Of a stretch of 64,000 nt of DNA, positions 58,194 to 64,000 are shown in pieces. Both the position numbers and the translations under genes were made by a program. Where the stretch lies: contig DATKKE010000037.1 of NCBI GenBank assembly GCA_035543455.1, forward strand, positions 11,532 to 75,531, read 5' to 3'. A model generated the notes under the pieces. It had not been told where the DNA came from. It saw nothing but the letters and a program-made list of their open reading frames with translations, and did not search any database. The stretch's first letter is position 1; each line of letters begins with the position of its first letter. The DNA comes from Methanoregulaceae archaeon. Lineage in GTDB: Archaea > Halobacteriota > Methanomicrobia > Methanomicrobiales > Methanospirillaceae.

Positions 58194-59060
58194 TTAGATC
58201 AGGTTGAAGCCGCTCTGGTAGGAGATCGACTTTGAGAAGCTGTTGATCAGGCCGCTCGCGGTTGAGGTTTCGGAGTAGACGATGTCCTCAGACTTCTTAC
58301 CGACGTCGCCGGTTGCGGTTCCGTCAGTGCTGTTGCGTGCTTCCTGGATATGGGCCTTTACGTAGGCTGATGCTGAACCGATCATCGGTGATGAGGTTCC
58401 GTCCGAGAGCGTGATACCCTTGGATGCTACGTTGTAGTTGAGAGTTACCGGGAAGGTCGAGTCGGTTCCGACAAACCTGTCGCTTGCCTTGGACACGGTC
58501 GAGGTCAGGGTCGAGTCGAATCCACTTCCTGCCTGGATGATGTTACAGTACGGCGGGATGACTGCCGAGGTTGCGGATGCAAACGGACAGAGGATAGCGT
58601 CTCCGGTACTTGTCGAATTTGCTACCCCGTCAAGAAGAATATCTTCAGAACGTGTTGCACGACCGGTGTCGATCGCAATGAACTGGATGTTGGTGTTGGC
58701 TGCAACATTGCTGCCGTCAGCGATCTTGTTTCCCGTGCCGACTGCCATCGACTTTACAAAGGTGGTCTGACCTGATACACCCACATACTGATCATTATAT
58801 CCGGTGGTGTACTGGACCTGCTGGTCTCCCAGCGGCGGACCGATTGCCTGTGAAGCCTGGGTGCTACCGGTTGAAGCGGAAGTCCATGCGAGTGAATCGG
58901 TCTCGGTTACGGTTCCCTGTGCCTGGATTGAAGTTGAAGTTGAAATACCCTGGATTTCCGGGGTTGCAGGAATATTCCTGTCTGCAAAGGCTGCACCGCA
59001 TAGAGCGAGAAGCAGAACCATTGCAATGGAGAACATAGTGATTGTTTTCATGCGTGACAT
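58194..59060 (-). CDS. Secreted protein of unknown family rich in Ser/Thr/Gly/Ala/Asn/Gln, probably highly expressed
   Basis: The signal peptide is MSRMKTITMFSIAMVLLLALCGAAFA. Alternative starts are 59051 (ATG) and 59081 (TTG). Third codon positions are visibly biased toward C and G compared with neighbouring genes. An oligo-T run (A7 at 58185-58191 on the plus strand) directly follows the stop. Confidence 0.72.
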   Translation of the reverse strand: MSRMKTITMFSIAMVLLLALCGAAFADRNIPATPEIQGISTSTSIQAQGTVTETDSLAWTSASTGSTQASQAIGPPLGDQQVQYTTGYNDQYVGVSGQTTFVKSMAVGTGNKIADGSNVAANTNIQFIAIDTGRATRSEDILLDGVANSTSTGDAILCPFASATSAVIPPYCNIIQAGSGFDSTLTSTVSKASDRFVGTDSTFPVTLNYNVASKGITLSDGTSSPMIGSASAYVKAHIQEARNSTDGTATGDVGKKSEDIVYSETSTASGLINSFSKSISYQSGFNLI

Positions 59061-59540
59061 CCTACATTTTGCGATACACAACGTATCCTACAAACGTCAG
59101 GTTGGCTGGTATATATGTGAACCGGGACGATATCCCGGAGGTTATCTGCTGTAACTCTCTCGATATACCAACCGTATTTCCGCTTGTTTTACAAAAACAG
59201 GTCTAAAATTACGATATATTTTAGGGATTTAATTCTTGTTCCGGTGTGACTCACGTTCCTATTGTTTGTAAAATCCTTATTCTCCTTTATAAACCGCGCC
59301 CGGATCTGACAGGAACTTGTCAGCTGCATGGAAAAAATTGCGCCTGTATCTGGTATACCGAAATACCAGGAACTGATCCGGGGTTGCTAGGCCGGACCTT
59401 AATAGTATTCCTGATTTTTAAGATATCGTTCTGGACTCCGTTCTCTTAGTCAATGATAATTCAGGCTTTGATGCGTCGGCAATCGCCATGAGATACCTTA
59501 TTAATATCTGAGAGTGAGATAGTGGACTTGGGTTGACATC

Positions 59541-59912
59541 ATGGGGCGGATATTACTTGTTGATGATACTATATTCGCGAAGCAGCTGCTGAATTTGATA
59601 CTGACGAATGGCGGCCATGAAATCGTTGGCGAGGCAAACGACGGGATTGAAGGTGTAGAACAATATAAAAAACTCAAGCCCGACCTTGTTCTTATGGACA
59701 TGATCATGCCACGTATGGGTGGCAGGGAATGTATGCAGGAGATCCTGAAATTCGATACGGACGCAAAAATCCTCATTGTATCTGCGGATTCACAGGGCAG
59801 TCATGTATCGGATACGATAAAGGAAGGGGGCCGCGGTTATATCAGTAAACCTTATAAAAAAGAGACAGTACTTGAAGAAGTGGACATTGTCCTGAAGGAG
59901 TCCAGGAGATAA
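59541..59912 (+). CDS. CheY-like single-domain response regulator
   Basis: The 123-aa REC domain has ILLVDD, DLVLMDMIMP and ISKPY. Confidence 0.9.
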   Translation: MGRILLVDDTIFAKQLLNLILTNGGHEIVGEANDGIEGVEQYKKLKPDLVLMDMIMPRMGGRECMQEILKFDTDAKILIVSADSQGSHVSDTIKEGGRGYISKPYKKETVLEEVDIVLKESRR

Positions 59913-60148
59913 TCAACGATCCAACCACAGGCAGAAACGATTCTTTGGAAACCGGGATGCAATTCGTGGATTTGTCGAACTTTTTTTAAAAGTATGAAGT
60001 AATGTTTTATGAATCGGGTATATTGTTCCGACGGAAACGGCCCTGCAGGCGAAGTCGAAGAGGGTTCTGGCGTCGGCATGGACCCTTACAATGCCGGTTC
60101 TCTCCCCTATAGAAGCACTTTTATCCCATTCCCCCCAATAGTCCTTGA

Positions 60149-60769
60149 ATGCCCCGGAATGATGCTCCTGACGGAACAGCGGGTTCCGAAAGGAACCAAA
60201 GGAAGGGACGGGCCCACGATGTGTTTCCGTCCTCACGTGCCCGGCACCTTGACTCACGTCTTCGATGGATTCTCTACCGCCCCGATCGTCTTGCCGACCG
60301 TTACATCAAACCAGGCGATAAGATCCTCGATTTCGGTTGCGGTCCTGGTTTCTTCACCCGGGAGTTTGCAAAGAATACCGGCGAAACAGGAACCGTAATC
60401 GCCGTGGATCTCCAGGAGGAGATGCTCAGCCTCCTCATGAAGAACCTGGAACCTGAAGGACTGATGCCGCGGATCGTTACTCACCAGTGTAAACCTGACA
60501 GTCTCGGTCTTTCCCCAGAGTGGGACGGCAGGATCGATGTGGCCTTTGCAATTTTCGTTGTCCACGAAGTACCAGATGCTTCAAAACTGTTCCGGGAAAT
60601 CTCCTCACTGCTCGTACCTCGCGGCCTGCTTTTTATCGCGGAGCCGCCGTTCGTGGTTTCAGGAAAGGAATTTCGTTCCACCGTTGAAAAGGCAATGGAC
60701 GCGGGTCTTGCGAAGGTCGAAGATCGTCTCTATTTTCTGAACCGGGCAGCGCTCCTGAGAAAACCTTAA
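60149..60769 (+). CDS. Class I SAM-dependent methyltransferase
   Basis: Motif I is ILDFGCGPGFF and the post-I motif is VIAVDLQEEML. The start codon is uncertain. Confidence 0.78.
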   Translation: MPRNDAPDGTAGSERNQRKGRAHDVFPSSRARHLDSRLRWILYRPDRLADRYIKPGDKILDFGCGPGFFTREFAKNTGETGTVIAVDLQEEMLSLLMKNLEPEGLMPRIVTHQCKPDSLGLSPEWDGRIDVAFAIFVVHEVPDASKLFREISSLLVPRGLLFIAEPPFVVSGKEFRSTVEKAMDAGLAKVEDRLYFLNRAALLRKP

Positions 60770-61005
60770 GGTATCGAAATTGTTCTGTTTTGGGCTCGGT
60801 TTATACAATTATTTTTGTTAATACCGGTAAGGCAATGTTTTAAGTGCCTCGTAACCTCTGTCACTCATTTTTTTGGGAACTAATCCCGGCAGAAAGAATA
60901 ATCGTTTCCTGCCCGATACAACCTTTGAATTTCGGAAAACCATTTAGTATAGAGGATTCTTATTCTTCAGACATCGCAATAAATTTCCCGTACACACAGG
61001 ATCAG

Positions 61006-61746
61006 TTACAAAGAGAAACCCGGCTGCAGTAATTTTACCGCCTTCACTACTTTTGTAATATAATGGATCTTAGGATTGGTCATCCGAAAGACGATTGCAC
61101 CTGCCCGGAGATTTTTCAGAAGATCGTACTGAGTCGAGAAAGGTGCCAGGGTGACATAGCTGATGCCAAGTTCAAATGGAGTATGCGCATCCGACCCGAC
61201 TGAAACAGGTTTTGAATACTTCCTTGCATGCATGACCGCCTTTATATTCTCCGTCTCCCGAAGGATTCGTGCGTTATATCCTTCAATACAATCGATATCC
61301 CCTGATATCCTCTCACGTGCTTCGCTCGTAATGGCACTTCTCCGGTACGTACAAAACGGGTGAGGCAGGATCGAGATACCACCCTGGGACCTTATCTCGT
61401 CAAGGGTCTCTTCGGCTGACTGGCCAGGGGAAATTTCTTCGGTCAGGAATGCCCCGATTATCTCTCCGTCAATAGTCATTATCTCCTCTGCAAGGATGAG
61501 GGGGATGTCGGGGTCTTTTTTTCTGATCGCCGAATACACCTTCAAAGACCCGCGAATGGTATCATGATCGCATACAAGGGGGAGGATACCGTTGTTTTCC
61601 CAACTTTTTACAATAGCATCGACGCTGTTAATGGAATCTGAAGAATACCCCGAATGAACATGCATATCAAATTTATAGCATGGATCGGGAACGGGAGAAT
61701 CGGGCAGGGATGGCTGATACGTACGGAATTTTTCAGATTGAGACAT
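61006..61746 (-). CDS. PHP-domain metal-dependent phosphoesterase
   Basis: It has FDMHVHSGYSSDS at the N-terminus, and the downstream His/Asp motifs LPHPF and GSDAH. Confidence 0.85.
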   Translation of the reverse strand: MSQSEKFRTYQPSLPDSPVPDPCYKFDMHVHSGYSSDSINSVDAIVKSWENNGILPLVCDHDTIRGSLKVYSAIRKKDPDIPLILAEEIMTIDGEIIGAFLTEEISPGQSAEETLDEIRSQGGISILPHPFCTYRRSAITSEARERISGDIDCIEGYNARILRETENIKAVMHARKYSKPVSVGSDAHTPFELGISYVTLAPFSTQYDLLKNLRAGAIVFRMTNPKIHYITKVVKAVKLLQPGFSL

Positions 61747-61904
61747 AATACTGGTCGTGAGTGCCCGGCTTTTGAACAGGGTTACGTACCATCATTTTTT
61801 ATTTTGCTTAACTCCTTCCCCTATAATTCCTATAGACTATATACGCAACGGGCCGACGGGTATGATATAGCATTGGGGAGTATTGTCTGGTAAGGGAATC
61901 GGGT

Positions 61905-62477
61905 ATGGTTAATAGGAGAGAGAGATCGGTACCATGGATTATTGTTTCAGGATTTTTTGGGATCGTCATTTTTCTTATCCTGATGGCAGCACTCAGGTAT
62001 TTTTCGGTTAGTATCGGAGACGGATCCCTGACGGGAATAATCGATTTTATTATCGCAAACACTGCGATTATTATCATTTTCGTGATTTTCTTAATGATCG
62101 CAGAGATCTTCTACTCGTTCCCGTTTCCGGCCGATCTTCCCGGCCCTGTTTTTTCGGGAATCGGAACGCTCTTTTTTCTTGCCTTCATATTCAATATCCT
62201 GAGGTATATCGACCGGCAATACACTATCGGACTTTTTCCGGGTTTCTCATTGTTCATCCCGTTGATATACCTGATTATATTCATCCTGATCCTGATTTCC
62301 GGGTATGTCCGGATTTTCACCCGTTTACCCCGAAGGGAGGAAATCCGCAGCAAAGACCCGGGATCATCAATCGATGAGAACTGTTATAATAAGACCTGGG
62401 AGGATGTCGGGGTCGAATTCCGCGGGATGTTATACGATACATTCCATAGGATGAGGGAAGAAATAAACAGGAAATAA
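61905..62477 (+). CDS. Hypothetical polytopic membrane protein (190 aa)
   Basis: It has four or five hydrophobic helices and a charged C-terminal tail. I recognised no family. Confidence 0.55.
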   Translation: MVNRRERSVPWIIVSGFFGIVIFLILMAALRYFSVSIGDGSLTGIIDFIIANTAIIIIFVIFLMIAEIFYSFPFPADLPGPVFSGIGTLFFLAFIFNILRYIDRQYTIGLFPGFSLFIPLIYLIIFILILISGYVRIFTRLPRREEIRSKDPGSSIDENCYNKTWEDVGVEFRGMLYDTFHRMREEINRK

Positions 62478-62491
62478 TTGAAGATATGACG

Positions 62492-62666
62492 GTTCGTACC
62501 GTTACCAGGTTACCATGGACATGAATGGTTCGTACCGTTACCAGGTTACCATGGAACATGAATAGTTCGTACCGTTACCAGGTTACCAAGGAACATGACG
62601 GTTCGTACCGTTATCAGGTTACCATGGACATGATGGTCGTACCGTTACCAGGTTACCAAGGAATAT
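62492..62666. repeat. Five tandem copies of a 35-37-bp unit (consensus GTTCGTACCGTTACCAGGTTACCATGGACATGAATG)
   Basis: The copies start at 62492, 62528, 62565, 62601 and 62636. They carry few substitutions and have no unique spacers between them. Confidence 0.92.
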
Positions 62667-62877
62667 TCAAGACCTGATGCAGGGTGCCTGGAATGCTACC
62701 CGTATCCCTTGAGGTATCCGCTGCTACGCCCGAATAACATGCTCCGGGTTGCTTGTTAAAATATCCCGGAATGGAAGCCATTATGGATGTATTTTTCCAG
62801 GCGTTCCTGATGCCACAGCCCCGGTCCGAACCACATTCTTCACTTCCAAAGATTTTGGGTTTCTCCTATGTAACCGA

Positions 62878-64000
62878 TCATGCAATTCTGTAACCCGCTT
62901 TTGTGATTATCGCTCTGATCTGTTGTGCATGATCGGTTCCCCGGGTTTCGATATCTATTTCGACGATCACGGTATCGAGATGAAAATCGGATTTCTCCTT
63001 TCTCTGTTCGATATGAATAATATTAGCGTCCTGTTCTGCAATAAGGGACAATAATTTTGCAAGAGATCCGGGAATATCGCGAATCCAGGCGGTAATATGC
63101 GTGATGCGATCTTCCTGAGTTAATGCGTATTCTATTACCCGGGTAAACAGCGGTACATCAATATTCCCGCCCGATATCACAAGGACGATATCTGCACCCC
63201 TGGGAACTGCGATGCGTTTAAAAAGCACTGCAGCAAGGGGGGTGCTCCCTGCTCCCTCGGCGATAATTTTTTTCCTTTCGAGCAGAAGAAGCATGGCCCT
63301 GATAATTTCTTTTTCATTAACAAGGACGATATCGCTCACAAGCGATTTCATGACAGGAAACGTCAGGCTGCCTGTTTGCGGCACAAGTATTCCATCGGCC
63401 ACCGATTTACCCGGTTTCGAAAATATTGCCGCTCCTTCATGAAATGCCATGTACGCAGACGGGCATGCCTCGGCCTGGACTCCGATAATGCTGACAGGGT
63501 TTGGCCGGGCAGATAACGCAGTTGCGATCCCGCTTATTAGTCCCCCGCCCCCCACAGGGACAAGTACCATATCGACAGACGGGAGATCTTCGATGATTTC
63601 GAGACCGATAGTCCCCTGGCCGTGGATAATATCGGGGTCATCGTAGGGGTGAATGAAGACCGCACCGTTTTCTTTGGCAATTAATTCTGCAGCCTCAATA
63701 GATTCCTGGAGGTTTTCACCTTTCAGTATTATCCTGGCTCCATAGCTTCTCGCCGCCATCTGCTTGGTTATCGATGCATGGACCGGCATAACGATGGTTG
63801 CCGGGACCCCGGCGATGCTTGCGGCAACCGCGACACCCTGTGCATGATTGCCGGCAGATGCTGCGATCACTCCTGCAGGTCCGATTTCATGTTTATGATT
63901 CAGGATCCGGTATGCTGCCCCCCTGATTTTGAATGATCCCGCTTTTTGGAGGGTTTCCAGTTTGAGATAGATGTTGGCTCCGGTCATTTCTGAAAACGTA
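62878..64000 (-). CDS. ilvA: Threonine ammonia-lyase (threonine dehydratase) with a C-terminal ACT-like domain; the N-terminus lies beyond the window end
   Basis: The PLP-lysine motif is KAGSFKIRGA and the Gly-rich loop is VPVGGGGLISG. The C-terminal regulatory domain contains IPGSLAKLLSLIAEQDANI. The frame stays open upstream of M63987 to the window edge. Confidence 0.88.
   Translation of the reverse strand, partial: TFSEMTGANIYLKLETLQKAGSFKIRGAAYRILNHKHEIGPAGVIAASAGNHAQGVAVAASIAGVPATIVMPVHASITKQMAARSYGARIILKGENLQESIEAAELIAKENGAVFIHPYDDPDIIHGQGTIGLEIIEDLPSVDMVLVPVGGGGLISGIATALSARPNPVSIIGVQAEACPSAYMAFHEGAAIFSKPGKSVADGILVPQTGSLTFPVMKSLVSDIVLVNEKEIIRAMLLLLERKKIIAEGAGSTPLAAVLFKRIAVPRGADIVLVISGGNIDVPLFTRVIEYALTQEDRITHITAWIRDIPGSLAKLLSLIAEQDANIIHIEQRKEKSDFHLDTVIVEIDIETRGTDHAQQIRAIITKAGYRIA

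Noticed and set aside
62492-62666. I considered whether the tandem repeat is a CRISPR array.
   Set aside because: The period is only 35-37 bp and the whole unit repeats with no unique spacers. No cas genes or leader are nearby, so I classified it as a tandem minisatellite.
1-64000. Search for rRNA, tRNA, transposase, integrase, cas, toxin-antitoxin or known defence genes.
   Set aside because: I recognised none by eye on either strand. The only GTTCGAATCC-like string (about 16576) lies inside the PEGA repeat CDS without an acceptor-stem context. A tRNAscan/Infernal and defence-HMM scan would be needed for certainty.

Overview
This is an archaeal chromosomal segment of about 50% GC. The archaeal assignment rests on the archaea-specific gatD-gatE pair, oligo-T terminators, TATA-type promoters and GGAGGTGA-type ribosome-binding sites. 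The gene content (Isf-type flavoproteins, a small Dsr-like sulfite reductase, UPF0212, multi-PAS kinases, PEGA/PKD surface proteins) suggests a Methanomicrobia-type methanogen. That is inference only, because no methanogenesis marker lies in the window.

- **1-15 kb, core metabolism:** HTH regulator, argH, gatD-gatE, an RGG-repeat small basic protein, nitroreductase, UPF0212, PfkB kinase, aldehyde dehydrogenase, an anchor-less SdhAB-type fumarate reductase, DedA and an Isf-like flavoprotein.
- **15-28 kb, cell-surface block:** a 1471-aa protein with 13 PEGA and 4 PKD repeats, a Thr-rich PKD protein, a META lipoprotein and a second PEGA protein. Interspersed are an HD hydrolase, a small sulfite-reductase-like protein, an RNB-family exoribonuclease and a DUF2178-XRE pair.
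- **28-43 kb:** USP, MFS and APC transporters, a SHOCT membrane protein, a marR plus bacterial-type LonA pair, a Cache-like lipoprotein, DUF488, Hsp20, and a 1544-aa multi-PAS HisKA_2 kinase coupled to a REC-PadR response regulator.
- **43.2-47.8 kb:** gene-poor, AT-rich and decayed, with a frameshifted P-type ATPase remnant. It also holds a TetR plus flavodoxin/ferredoxin operon.
- **48-57.4 kb, accessory cluster of lipobox-bearing extracytoplasmic proteins:** two cupredoxins with intact type-1 Cu ligands, a COG4315 lipoprotein and two tandem phosphoesterase (PLC/AcpA) paralogs. With them sit DUF2769, a rubredoxin-Isf fusion, a Met-rich mini-protein and a PAS kinase.
- **57.4-64 kb:** an 830-bp ORF-poor gap holding a small zinc-ribbon ORF, a strongly codon-biased secreted protein, CheY, a SAM methyltransferase, a PHP phosphoesterase, a membrane protein, a 5-copy 36-bp tandem repeat and a partial threonine dehydratase.

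I recognised no rRNA, tRNA, CRISPR array, transposase or integrase.
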